A DNA stretch of 64,000 bases from a bacterium (GTDB lineage Bacteria; UBA8248; JACPRG01; G963555815), in NCBI GenBank assembly GCA_965261595.1, contig CBDHDG010000005.1, positions 288,001 through 352,000 of the forward strand, read 5' to 3'. Shown here piece by piece: positions 52,308-62,395 of this stretch. The number at the start of each line of letters is the position of its first letter. Within the stretch, counting starts at the first letter, position 1. A model generated the notes under the pieces. The model was not told the DNA's origin and ran no database searches. It worked only from the letters and a program-made list of their open reading frames with translations. The position numbers were made by a program, and so were the translations under genes.

Positions 52308-52515
52308 CCGCCGGAAGCCGAATTTCGCGGGCAGGCGATGGGGGTGGCGTGTGCAAGATTGGACAACATCTTCATGTTTGGACCAATAACAGACAAACGA
52401 GGTTTGTGGTTGTAATCGAGATGTAACCGGTTGATTTATGGTTCCTCATAAGAATCTGTGCACGAGTTTGGGTTTCGGGAGCTTGCCGAGACAGTGATAC
52501 AGGGCAGTGATGTAG

Positions 52516-52866
52516 GTGCGGGCGGTCGAGATCAGGATCCAATACATTGGCCCACTTCGGCAAATCATGACTTGCAAGGAGGAAACCCTCCAAGTCGAGC
52601 CGCCCGTGACGGTGCGAACCGTCCTGAATTGCTTGATTCAAGGTCATGGGGGGCGCCTGAAGAATGTGTTTTACAATACACAGGGCTGGCTCGATTCGAG
52701 TATCCTGTTTGTGATTGACGGTCAAAGGCCGGAGGCGCGAGAAGGGCTCGACACCCCGATTTTCGGCGACGAAGAAATCCAGATCGCCATGGGGATCCCC
52801 ATGTCCGGTGGTGGACCCGGATTCCGGGTAGTCCACCCCCTCCCCCGACATGCGCTTGCGGTGTGA
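52516..52866 (+). CDS. MoaD/ThiS (SAMP-like) sulfur carrier with an extension after the GG motif
   Basis: IRIQYIGPLRQ..TVRTVL..LFVIDG..GLDT.I.GDEEI..PMSGG pattern. Confidence 0.65.
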   Translation: MRAVEIRIQYIGPLRQIMTCKEETLQVEPPVTVRTVLNCLIQGHGGRLKNVFYNTQGWLDSSILFVIDGQRPEAREGLDTPIFGDEEIQIAMGIPMSGGGPGFRVVHPLPRHALAV

Positions 52867-52914
52867 GGGCGCTATGCTCCGATACGCACAAACCAGATAT
52901 GGAGGTCAGCACAG

Positions 52915-53664
52915 ATGAGCGGAGACGTCGTGAATGATTTTCTGAAGACCTTCGGCAGAACGCCGGATGAGCTTTTCGAGGGAGAAAAGGAGTTCATCGA
53001 AGATTGGCACAAGGACTACAACACCGACCGGCATCACGCTTTCGAGATTCAGGAGGAAGAGTGCGCCCTCATTGTGGTCGACCTCCAAAATGACTTCGTC
53101 GCCCCGAACTCGCCCATCTGGGTCCCCGAGGCCCTGCGGCAGATTCCCCGAAACAAGAGGTTGATCGAAGCCGCCCGCCGGCTTGGCGTCCCGGTCATCT
53201 ACACCGCCCACACCTTCAACGCCGACTGCTACGCCGATTTCCGAGAGTTTTCGGATGCGCACCGCGATGGCGCCCTCATTGAGGGTTCCAAGGGAACTCA
53301 AATTTATCCGGAAGTCTCCCCGGAGGAAGGGGAGCGCGTCATCGACAGCAAGCACAACTACGACGCCTTTGCCGGGACCGATCTGGATTATGTCTTGCGC
53401 GACCACGGAACGAAGACCTGCGTCGTCTGCGGAACGGTGACCAACTTCTGCTGTGAGTCAACGGCGCGCAGCGCATACTTCAAGAACTACCATGTCGTCT
53501 TCGTGGAGGACTGCGTCTCATCTGACAATCCCTACGCCCACGAGTCCACCATCCGCACCTTGCGGCGTGGTTTCGCCCGGGTCTTGAAGAGCGACGAGTT
53601 AATCAACATCTGGACGGAAGGCGATGACCTTTACGCCAAGGCCCGGAAGGCTAGGGAGACCTGA
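52915..53664 (+). CDS. Isochorismatase-family cysteine hydrolase
   Basis: IVVDLQNDF, KHNYDAF.GTDL, GTVTNFCCESTAR. Confidence 0.9.
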   Translation: MSGDVVNDFLKTFGRTPDELFEGEKEFIEDWHKDYNTDRHHAFEIQEEECALIVVDLQNDFVAPNSPIWVPEALRQIPRNKRLIEAARRLGVPVIYTAHTFNADCYADFREFSDAHRDGALIEGSKGTQIYPEVSPEEGERVIDSKHNYDAFAGTDLDYVLRDHGTKTCVVCGTVTNFCCESTARSAYFKNYHVVFVEDCVSSDNPYAHESTIRTLRRGFARVLKSDELINIWTEGDDLYAKARKARET

Positions 53665-55567
53665 TTTTTCGGCCGGGACCTTTCTGCGGATCCATGCATC
53701 CAACGCGTCTCCTCTAGGCCGGCCCTTCTTTTTCTCTAAGTCCCTTCAGGATTTTCTGAGGCGTGACAGGCAGGTCCTTCAAGCGGAGGCCGACAGCGTC
53801 GTAGACGGCGTTGGCAATCACGGCACCGCAAGCGTTCAAGGCGCATTCGGAGCAGCCTTTCGCGCCGAAGGGGCCGTTCGGGTCGTTGGACTCCACAAGG
53901 ATGGAGGTGAAATTCGGCAGCCCCTCCGCCTTTGGCACGGTGTAATCGGCCAAGTTGCCATTGACAAACTGCCCGCCATCCAGCACGGGATGCTCGAATA
54001 GGGCCAATCCGAGTCCCTGAGCGATTTCTCCGTGAATTTGGCCCTCGACAGTGAGCGGATTGATGGCTCGGCCGAGGTCGTCGGCCACGACAATGTCCAC
54101 CAGCCGGACCCCTCCCGTTTCCGTATCCACCTCGACAACGGCGGCGACGCACGCGAAGGAGGCGGCGGCCGTATTCCTGCCGTAATGAGTCTCCGAATCG
54201 GCCACCTCGGTCGGCGGATCCCAACTTGCCTGGACGGAGACGCGATCCCCCCCTGGATGAGAGCGGTCCCCCATAACGACCTCGCTGAGGAGGATCCTCT
54301 TTTCAGGAGCGCCCTTGTTGAAGATCACGCCCCCCTCGATTGCCAGGTCTGCCGGGTCGGCCTCGAGTTGCTCCGCCGCCATCCCGAGCAGACGTTCCCG
54401 GCAGGCAATGGCTGCCTTCCGGACAGCGTTTCCCGCGATCATGGTCAGACGGCTCGCGTATCCCCCAAGGCAGAAGGGTGCGTTTTCCGTATCCGCTTCC
54501 GCGACCTCTACGTCCTGAAAATCCAGGCCCAGCTCTTCGGCCGCAATTTGCGCAAGAACCGTCTTGGCCCCTTGACCCAGCTCCCCTTCGCCGCAGATGA
54601 TCTTGGCCAGGCCGTCTTCGGTGACCTCCACGATCGCCGCTGAACCGTCCCACCCCTCCTCGGCTTCCACGCTGACGTGCTGCCGGATGGAAGTCGAGTG
54701 GATGGCGCATGCCAGGCCCACGCCTGTCCGAAGCGTCCCTTTTTTTAAGGCTGACCGACGTTCCTTCCAGTTCACGGCAGTCATCGTCTTGCGAATGCAC
54801 TCGTCGATCGCGCAGCTCTCCATCTTCCAGCCGTGTATGCTGGTGTCTCCCTGCCGGATCACGTTTCGGAGGCGAATCTCTGCGGGGTCCATTCCCAGTT
54901 TTTCCGCGAGCACATCCAGGTGGGATTCCAGGGCGAAGGCCATCTGCGGGTTGCCGAATCCCCGGAAAGCCCCCGCCGGAAGGAGATTGGTATAGGCCAG
55001 ATAGGCATCGGTTCTGATGTTCTCCATCCGGTACAGGGAATCTATCCGCACGGCCATGTGCATGATGACCTCCGGCGAAAGGCCCGAACAAGCCCCGTTG
55101 TTGCCGTAGATTCGCGTCTGTTTTGCCGCGATGGTTCCGTCTTTGCGAAGCCCCATCTTGAGGTAGGTCTTGGTGGGCATCCGGGGCCGCGAGGCCCCGA
55201 AATCATCCAGCCGCGTATTGAGGAACCGCACAGGCCGGCCCGTCTTGAGCGCAATGAAGGCGGTGATCACGGCCGTCGCGTCCTCGTTCAGCTTCCCGCC
55301 GAATCCTCCTCCGATGTGGGGCTGGATTACCCGGAGCTTCGTGGGGGGGAAATTCAGGGCCTCCGAGACTCGTGCGCGCGTGAAGAAGATGGACTGGGTG
55401 GGCGCATAGAGGGTCAGGCGGCCATGGCTGTCGATATCCGCCAGGGCCCCAAGGGGCTCCATGTAGGATTGAAATCGTGATTATGCCTTTGACGCAGTAA
55501 GACACAAGATATAGGTGCGATTTTGAGACACTACATGTTGTGGTTATCCAACAGGAGGGGGTCACTT

Positions 55568-55783
55568 TTAGGGACCCGTGGAACCACATATCCTCCCATT
55601 GATGATGGCTGGTGGCCCGACGTAAGAGCCCCGAATTTCGAGTGGGATGCGTTTCTTCGGCGGTTTCTTATTCCTTATCCCCATCAAGTAGAAACCCGCA
55701 TAGAAGAGAAGATCAATAACCCTAGAGGCTGCTTCGGAGATGAACCATTCAAAAACGTCAAATCCTTCGCATTTTGCTTCCAT
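55568..55783 (-). CDS. Small hypothetical passenger protein (71 aa)
   Basis: Strong RBS AAGGAGG upstream; hydrophobic stretch followed by a Lys-rich segment. Confidence 0.4.
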   Translation of the reverse strand: MEAKCEGFDVFEWFISEAASRVIDLLFYAGFYLMGIRNKKPPKKRIPLEIRGSYVGPPAIINGRICGSTGP

Positions 55784-55876
55784 TGCCCCAGTCCTCCTTC
55801 AAGGTTGGGTGGTGATGGAACCGCAGCGCCAGGGGCGGGATCCCCTGGCGCTGCACTTGTAAATCTTATTTTCCAC

Positions 55877-56227
55877 TTATTTGCACGAGATGAACTCGCA
55901 CAACGTCTCAAAAACCTTGAATTCCCCTTCAAAACGGAAAGTCGTAGAGCCAGGGATGCTCTTCAGGTATTGGAATCCTTTTGGATGCTCACTCACCATG
56001 AAAATACGCCATTTCTCCTTTGCGTTTCGGTATCCAAGTTTATACAAAGCTACCAAATCGCGATCGTCCAACATGCGAAGTATGAGTTTTCTTCGTTCCA
56101 AATCCACATAAGCGGGGCTGTACACCGCACCTTTTCCGATAAAACAGGCCTTGTTGGATTCTCCAGCCATGACGGCGGAAGATGCGATGAGGGCAGTTGT
56201 AAGTATGCAACCGCCGATAGTACGCAT
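55877..56227 (-). CDS. Hypothetical secreted passenger protein (116 aa)
   Basis: Signal-peptide-like MRTIGGCILTTALIASSAVMA; hairpin immediately downstream (55823-55854). Confidence 0.55.
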   Translation of the reverse strand: MRTIGGCILTTALIASSAVMAGESNKACFIGKGAVYSPAYVDLERRKLILRMLDDRDLVALYKLGYRNAKEKWRIFMVSEHPKGFQYLKSIPGSTTFRFEGEFKVFETLCEFISCK

Positions 56228-57373
56228 GGGCAGACCCCCAGAAAATCGAGGTTGACACGGGCTTGGGGATTTGCTACAAGGAGGGTCTGTGAGGTCCTCT
56301 CTTGTAGCAACGCCCCGGGGTTCCCTCGGGGCTTCCACCCTTTGAAGTTCCATATACCACATGTAGTGGGTCGGATTCAATTTTCGAGGGACCACCATAT
56401 CTTGTGTCTTACTGCGTCAAGGGCATAATCACGATTGAAATTGGTGAGGCGTGGTGTAGCTGTCCTCGTGGGTGACAGCCGATTCCGCGAAGCCCCGCTC
56501 GACATCGCCCCGGCGGATTCGGACCTCCCGGGCGAGGTTCTGACTCCCTTCGTTGACCTGCGGCGCACTGGGAGCGAGGGCCTCCTCGGGGTCAAAGACG
56601 GCGGGAAGCTCCTCATAGTCAACTTCCAGCTGCTCCAGGGCCTCTCGGGCGGCTTCTTCGCTCTTGCCCGCCACCGCCGCCACTTCCTCACCCACATATC
56701 GGACCTTGCCCGACGCCAGGACCTTTTGATCCTTATGAAAGACGCCCCACCGGGTCTTCGGCGCGTCTTCTCCCGTGAGGATGGCCACCACCCCAGGGAC
56801 CCGGGCGGCCTTCTCCGTATGGATCCGCAAGATCCGCGCATGGGCGTGAGGGCTTCGAAGGACCTTGGCATGAGTCATCCGGGGAAGGGCCATGTCGCCG
56901 ACATAACCGGCATTTCCAAGAGCTTTCTCCGGTGCGTCGATTTGCGGGATAGGCCTGCCGACGACCTGTAGCCTCTGCATCCTTATGCTCCTACGCGGAA
57001 TTCCTTCTCTTTGGACATCGAATCACGCAACAGTCACGACTCTCCCCTTGGGTTCAGAGACACCGCATAACCGTCTCTGAATGCTCTTTGTTCCTTCGAA
57101 ATGCGGGATTGATGTGGCGGAATGATAGCATATTCGACGAAGGGTCTCGACTTCTTCCTTCCGTGGGTGAAGTACAAAAATTTGTGTAGAATCTTCGACA
57201 GGGTGTCATCCTATCGGGGCAAGCTCGACCCGGTCCTTCATCAAAAAAATGCCGGGATTGACGCGGCGGCCAAAACAGAGGAAGCTGAAAAATTAACGAA
57301 TGCCGCCGCTAGATTTCAAGAAGAAACGGGACATTCCCGACCCCGTTGCGGCATCGACGTTAAGGGGATTGCG

Positions 57374-58180
57374 GTGATTCGCAGAGACTACCAAGGAGAT
57401 TGGTTTCTCATCACCCAACCCGAGCACGCACGCCTCTCCGGCTTCCTGGCCGGCCATTGGGGAGGGGGAGGGGGGGACTTTGTCCGCTCCGAACCCTGGG
57501 ACGAAGTGTGTCTGGCCGCCGCCGAGCATGACAACGGTTGGCGCGAATGGGACGACCGGCCGAGCCTCAACCCCGAAGGCGCGCCGGCCTACATGTACGA
57601 GAACCCTATCGCCGAAGTCTTCAAGATCCTCCACCGCGGCGCCGGGCGGCTGATCGACCGGGGGCATCCTTACGCGGCCGCCCTGATCAGCCTGCATTAC
57701 GTCAACTGGGCCACGGACGTCCTGACGGGCGTCCGCAGCGGGCAATGGCCCGTTACCCCCCGATTGAGAGCCGAGATTGAGGCCTTCAAGGCCGAGGAAG
57801 AGGAGAGGCGGGACGCTGTTTGCCGCCGCCTCCGGGAGCGGCCGGGGTTTGAGGAGGCCGCCGCGCCGGAGGGAATCCGCCGCAACGGCCGGCTCGTCTG
57901 GACGTTCGATATGTTGTCTCTTATCGTATGCTGCCGCTGGCCCCACGTGGAAAGCCTTGAGGCCGTTCCGTCGGGGGACGGCTTCGGCGCGCTGGCCGTC
58001 GAGTTGGTGGATGACGTGACCCTCCAGGTGAATCCCTGGCCCTTTGATGGCGACGCCTTGGAGTTCGCCGTGCGGGGACGCCGCCTTCCCCCGAAGCCTT
58101 TCCGCCGGGCGTCGGATTTTTGGGACGTTCTCAACCGTGTTCCCGGGTCGGAAATCGTCTTCCGGTTCGCTCCGGCCTGA
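57374..58180 (+). CDS. DUF3891-family protein
   Basis: IRR....LITQPEHARLSG.LA.HWG, HDNGW.EWD, AALISLH, DMLSL, V.PWPF. Confidence 0.8.
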   Translation: MIRRDYQGDWFLITQPEHARLSGFLAGHWGGGGGDFVRSEPWDEVCLAAAEHDNGWREWDDRPSLNPEGAPAYMYENPIAEVFKILHRGAGRLIDRGHPYAAALISLHYVNWATDVLTGVRSGQWPVTPRLRAEIEAFKAEEEERRDAVCRRLRERPGFEEAAAPEGIRRNGRLVWTFDMLSLIVCCRWPHVESLEAVPSGDGFGALAVELVDDVTLQVNPWPFDGDALEFAVRGRRLPPKPFRRASDFWDVLNRVPGSEIVFRFAPA

Positions 58181-58371
58181 GGCCTGATGCGTGGACGTAG
58201 GCTAACGGCGGGCGCCATTTGAAAGGCGCCCGGGAATCCCCCTGGGGGCTTATTGGGAGCGCCCGTATTCCTGCGACAGCCGAGGCATCTGCCCAATGAG
58301 CCGTTGAGGGGTCAATTTGAGGCCGACGGGGAGAGGGAGTTTTGTTGTCCACAGACCTCAAAAGAAGACAC

Positions 58372-58401
58372 TTGACAGACTCGGGTTCCTTTTGTTAGCT
58401 T
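58372..58401 (+). promoter_or_regulatory. Putative sigma70 promoter for the ABC operon
   Basis: TTGACA-18 nt-TAGCTT in an AT-rich intergenic region. Confidence 0.35.
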
Positions 58402-58558
58402 TAATTCACTCCGAAATGAGAGGACTTGGAAAAGTCGCTCAGCCCGGAAAATCCGTGTGGGCGATTCTAGGCCGGGAAACATTCGAGTCGTCCGGGTCTC
58501 CAATATCGGAATTTTTGGAGAAATCCCTGGTCCATCCAGGCAACCAGCAAGGGGGTGC

Positions 58559-59629
58559 ATGATGGGACGGAAAATATTTTGGGTAATATTCGCGTCGCTT
58601 TTTGCCCTATTTCCTGTTGTTGCGGGAGTCGCGCAAGGACAAACCAAGACCGGCGGGAAATTTGTATGGGAGGGCGTAGACGACAGCGGCAAAAGGTCTC
58701 CTTATCAAGTCACCCGGCCAACACCCAAGAAGGCATACCATATCGGCGTTTCCTTTCCTCACCTGAAAGATCCGTATTGGGTGGATCAGGCGTATGGCGT
58801 TATCAAAGAGGCGAAGGAGCTCGGACTCAAGATCACAATCCTGACTGCCGGAGGCTATCCCTATCTGAGCAAACAGATCGCTCAGATGGAAAACCTCCAG
58901 CAGATGGGAGTGGACCTCATTATTGCCGGCCCTATCAGCTTTAAAGGGAACGTCGCTGTAACGGACGAAATCGTGAAGAAGGGGACGCCTGTCGTCAATC
59001 TTGGCCAGACAAGTGATACGAAGTCATGGACGACCACCGTTTTGGCTGAGGACTACAAGATGGGGGAGATTATTGGGAACTGGATTGTGAAAGATGCCGG
59101 CGGAAAACCCGCCAATGTCGTTATGCTGAGCGGACCCGCCGGTGCCACGTGGACGATGGACCGTTCCCGTGGTTCCCGCGAAGTTTTAAAACAGCATCCC
59201 AACATCAAGATCCTGGCTGAGCGCTGGGCGGATGAAGACCGCTCGGTTCAAACGAAAATCATGGAAAACCTGCTCCAGACATTTCCCAAGATCGATTATG
59301 TGATCGGAGTCGCGTTCCCCGACACGGCCGGCGCCGCGGACGCCATCCGATCGGCGGGACGCGAGGGGAAGGTCAAGATAGCCGCCTCCAGTCTTGATCA
59401 GGCCCTTGTTCCCTTTATGCGAGAGGGGCAGGTCCACTATGCCATCGCAAAGCACATGATCCTCACGGGGCAGGCGATCGTCAGGATGGCGGTCCATCTT
59501 CTGAATGGCCAGAAAAACATTCCGAGACTCATCTATTCCTCGATGGAGGGATTTACGCCGAAAACCCTGAAGGATCTGGATCTAAAGAACGAATTTCCAC
59601 CGAAGAACTGGCGAGTTCCACTTCGCTGA
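58559..59629 (+). CDS. TorT/RbsB-like periplasmic substrate-binding protein
   Basis: Signal peptide; PHLKDPYW...YGV.KEAKELG..AGGY..L.KQI.Q resembles TorT. Confidence 0.8.
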   Translation: MMGRKIFWVIFASLFALFPVVAGVAQGQTKTGGKFVWEGVDDSGKRSPYQVTRPTPKKAYHIGVSFPHLKDPYWVDQAYGVIKEAKELGLKITILTAGGYPYLSKQIAQMENLQQMGVDLIIAGPISFKGNVAVTDEIVKKGTPVVNLGQTSDTKSWTTTVLAEDYKMGEIIGNWIVKDAGGKPANVVMLSGPAGATWTMDRSRGSREVLKQHPNIKILAERWADEDRSVQTKIMENLLQTFPKIDYVIGVAFPDTAGAADAIRSAGREGKVKIAASSLDQALVPFMREGQVHYAIAKHMILTGQAIVRMAVHLLNGQKNIPRLIYSSMEGFTPKTLKDLDLKNEFPPKNWRVPLR

Positions 59630-59654
59630 AACCACGTCCTGGATTCTGCGCCGA

Positions 59655-61193
59655 ATGGTCAATTCCGAGCCTCTTCCCGCTCAGTTGAGAGCGGAGAAGA
59701 TCACGAAACGCTTTCCGGGCGTCGTTGCGCTTCGGGACGTCTCCTTCGATCTTCTCAGAGGTGAGGTGCATGTCCTTGTCGGCGAAAACGGCGCCGGCAA
59801 GTCCACGCTGATTAAGGTCTTGTCGGGTGCACACCGTCCGGATGAGGGAACGATCTTCATTGGCGGAGAGCCCGTTAAAATCAGGGAGCCCCGTCATGCC
59901 CAGAATCTCGGCATCTTCACAATCTATCAAGAGCTCCCCCTAGTCCCCCAACTTACGGTTGTGGAGAACGTCTTTCTCGGCCGGGAACGAGGGCTGTCGG
60001 CCCTTTCCATTCTGGCTGCGAAATCCGCCCAGTTGGCCCGGACCCGCGAGGTGCTGGAAAGGCTTGAGTACCCCCTCGACCCGAACGCGCAAGTGCAGGA
60101 CCTTCTCATCGGCGAGCAGCAAATGGTGGCCATCGCCAAGGCACTGGTCAACGACGTCCGGATTCTGATCTTGGATGAACCCACCTCGGCATTGACGGAC
60201 CGTGAGGTCAAGGTCCTTTTTGGAATCATTCGGCGTCTCAAAGAGAGCGGCGTTTCGGTGATCTATATCTCCCACCGCCTGGAGGAAGCGAAGGAAATAG
60301 GCGACAGGATAACGGTTCTCCGGGACGGAAAGACCATCTCGACGATGCCGATAGCCGATGTCGAGCTGACGGACGTCATTCGAATGATGGTCGGGCGGGA
60401 CATCAAAGATAAATTTCCAAAGCTCGAGGTCCCCATTGGAAGACCCTTGTTGGAGGTAAGGGATCTAAGCCGCGGAAAATTCTTTCGAGATGTCAGTTTC
60501 GATCTGCACGAAGGGGAGATCGTTTGTCTCACGGGATTGGTGGGATCGGGTACGACTGAGTTAGGGCGTTCGCTTTTCGGGATTGAACCCGTGGAAAAGG
60601 GAACGCTCAGATTGCGGGGTCAACCGGTGGAGATTCGATCCCCCCGGAGAGGGATTCGCCTGGGCTTCGGCTACATCCCACCTGACAGGAAGCGTGAGGG
60701 CGTCATCAACATTTTAAGCGTAAGGCAGAACATTTCCCTTCCAATTCTTCGCCGCCTGAGTCGGTTCTTTTGGCTCCGTGATAAGGAGGAAAAGCGAATA
60801 TCCGAGGACTTCAGACGCCGCTTGAATATCAAGGCCCCCACGGTGGACACGGTGGTTCAAAACCTGAGTGGCGGAAACCAGCAAAAGGTCGTTCTTGCCA
60901 AGATACTGGCTACACAGGCGAGTTGTTTCATTTTCGATCAGCCTACCGCCGGTATTGACGTCGGCGCGAAGGCTGACATCTACCAATTTGTTGCGGAACT
61001 TGTTCGGGAGGGGGCCGGCGTGATTCTCATCTCTTCGGAGATTCCGGAATGCCTCGCGATTGCCGACCGGATTTTGGTCTTCTATGCAGGTTGCATCGCG
61101 GGGGAATTAAATCGGGAAGAGGCCACACAGGAGCGCATCTTGAACCTGGCCTTCGGCCACGGGCCTGGCCAAATGAGGGAGGTGGCCTCGTGA
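59655..61193 (+). CDS. Sugar-type (CUT2) ABC transporter ATP-binding protein
   Basis: GENGAGKST, LDEPT, ISHRL, LSGGNQQKV. Confidence 0.95.
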   Translation: MVNSEPLPAQLRAEKITKRFPGVVALRDVSFDLLRGEVHVLVGENGAGKSTLIKVLSGAHRPDEGTIFIGGEPVKIREPRHAQNLGIFTIYQELPLVPQLTVVENVFLGRERGLSALSILAAKSAQLARTREVLERLEYPLDPNAQVQDLLIGEQQMVAIAKALVNDVRILILDEPTSALTDREVKVLFGIIRRLKESGVSVIYISHRLEEAKEIGDRITVLRDGKTISTMPIADVELTDVIRMMVGRDIKDKFPKLEVPIGRPLLEVRDLSRGKFFRDVSFDLHEGEIVCLTGLVGSGTTELGRSLFGIEPVEKGTLRLRGQPVEIRSPRRGIRLGFGYIPPDRKREGVINILSVRQNISLPILRRLSRFFWLRDKEEKRISEDFRRRLNIKAPTVDTVVQNLSGGNQQKVVLAKILATQASCFIFDQPTAGIDVGAKADIYQFVAELVREGAGVILISSEIPECLAIADRILVFYAGCIAGELNREEATQERILNLAFGHGPGQMREVAS

Positions 61194-62167
61194 CAGGCCA
61201 CCCGGAGGTCCAACGGGGTTTCTGGGCCCGGAACAAACGGTTATTCTCCTTCGGCGATGTCGGCTACCTGCCCTTATTCATCATATTCCTGTTCCTCCTT
61301 TTTGCGTTTCTTCAACCCAGGTTTGCCACGTTCGCGAATCTCCAGAATGTGAGCCGCCAAGGGGCTTTCCTGGCCATCGTGGCATGTGCCCAGATGTTCC
61401 CCCTGCTCGGCGGGGGATTTGACATCTCCGTGGGCGCGAACATTGGACTGGTCAGCGTCATTACATCCATTGCGACGTTGCAATTCGGCATGGCCATTGG
61501 TTTACTCTCCGGGATTCTCTGCGGGGCGTTTGTTGGACTGATCAACGGCACGGTCGTTTCAATCTTTCGTGTTTCCCCTTTCGTTGCAACACTTGCGATG
61601 ATGTCCGCCGCACGCGGCGCCGGCCTCTTCATCACAAATGGACAACCTATCTTCGGGCTCCCGAAATCCTTTCTTTACATCGGGACCCGGTATATCGGAC
61701 CTTTTCCCATCCCCGCCCTAATCGCCGCGTTTGCATTCCTTTTGACCTACCTAATCCTCAGGAAATTCTTTTTTGGCAGGTACTTTTATGCGATCGGCGG
61801 AAACGCGGAAGCGGCAAGGCTTTCAGGGGTCAACGTAACGGGCTATCGCCTGTTGTCCTATGTCATTTGCGGCACTTTGACGGGGATCGCAGGCGTGACG
61901 ATCACGTCGCGGATAGGCTCAGGCGAGCCCATGACGGGTGCGGGATTGGGCTTGGAATCCATCGCCGCCGTAGTGGTGGGCGGTGTTGCGCTCACGGGCG
62001 GCAAAGGCACGGTTTTGGGGGTGTGCCTTGGAGTGATCACACTGGCTCTTATATCGAACGGGCTGGATCTCATCAATGTATCATCTTATCTCCAGATGGT
62101 CGTCATCGGCGCCATCATCGTCTTCGCAGTCATTGCGGACCAGTTCAGGACCGGCAAGAAAGGGTGA
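61190..62167 (+). CDS. Sugar-type ABC transporter permease (RbsC-like)
   Basis: FDISVG, PFVATL, AIGGNAEAARLSGV, IAAVVVGG..L.GG.G. Confidence 0.93.
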   Translation: MTGHPEVQRGFWARNKRLFSFGDVGYLPLFIIFLFLLFAFLQPRFATFANLQNVSRQGAFLAIVACAQMFPLLGGGFDISVGANIGLVSVITSIATLQFGMAIGLLSGILCGAFVGLINGTVVSIFRVSPFVATLAMMSAARGAGLFITNGQPIFGLPKSFLYIGTRYIGPFPIPALIAAFAFLLTYLILRKFFFGRYFYAIGGNAEAARLSGVNVTGYRLLSYVICGTLTGIAGVTITSRIGSGEPMTGAGLGLESIAAVVVGGVALTGGKGTVLGVCLGVITLALISNGLDLINVSSYLQMVVIGAIIVFAVIADQFRTGKKG

Positions 62168-62246
62168 TTCGCTCGAATCGATCCCGTTGAGCAGATGGCT
62201 TCGCAGATTCCGGACCAAAGGGGTGAGGCCCCAAGGGCGGCCTGAC

Positions 62247-62395
62247 ATGTCGAAAGAAACCAGCATCCACGTCTCGCCTGGCCAAGGGCGGTCGTTCGAG
62301 GCGAAAGCCGGCCAGTAGGTTTCGGTGATCAACCTGCAAGGCAGGCAAGTTGGGGATTTGATCGCCTTCAACGCCGCCGACGGCAGAAAGACATG
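62247..62395 (+). pseudogene. DUF1989 / urea-carboxylase-associated family 5' remnant with an internal stop
   Basis: MSKETSIHVSPGQGRSFEAKAGQ*VSVINLQGRQVGDLIAFN, after which similarity is lost. Confidence 0.7.

Larger units (their letters stand above)
55476..56433. mobile_element. Non-autonomous mobile insertion cassette (IS1595-like ends) carrying passenger ORFs
   Basis: 37-bp TIRs (36/37 identical, CGTGATTATGCC...); ATTGAAAT duplicated at 55468-55475 and 56434-56441; no recognisable transposase; lower GC. Confidence 0.88.
53714..56980 (-). pseudogene. Xanthine dehydrogenase-family Mo subunit interrupted by a 958-bp TIR element
   Basis: 5' part (56434-56980) SPHAHARI; 3' part IGGGFGGK, FRGFGNPQ, AKGCSE. 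Removing the insert and one TSD restores ...PHQFQSYMEP... in frame. Confidence 0.92.

Noticed and set aside
55523..56428. 301-aa plus-strand ORF spanning the cassette as a possible transposase
   Set aside because: No DDE, Zn-ribbon or HTH motif recognised, weak TTG start, and antisense to ORFs with better signals; not fully excluded without a profile search
57122..57373. Long N-terminal extension of the DUF3891 ORF
   Set aside because: Family similarity starts at VIRRD (57374); the upstream part looks like AT-rich intergenic sequence
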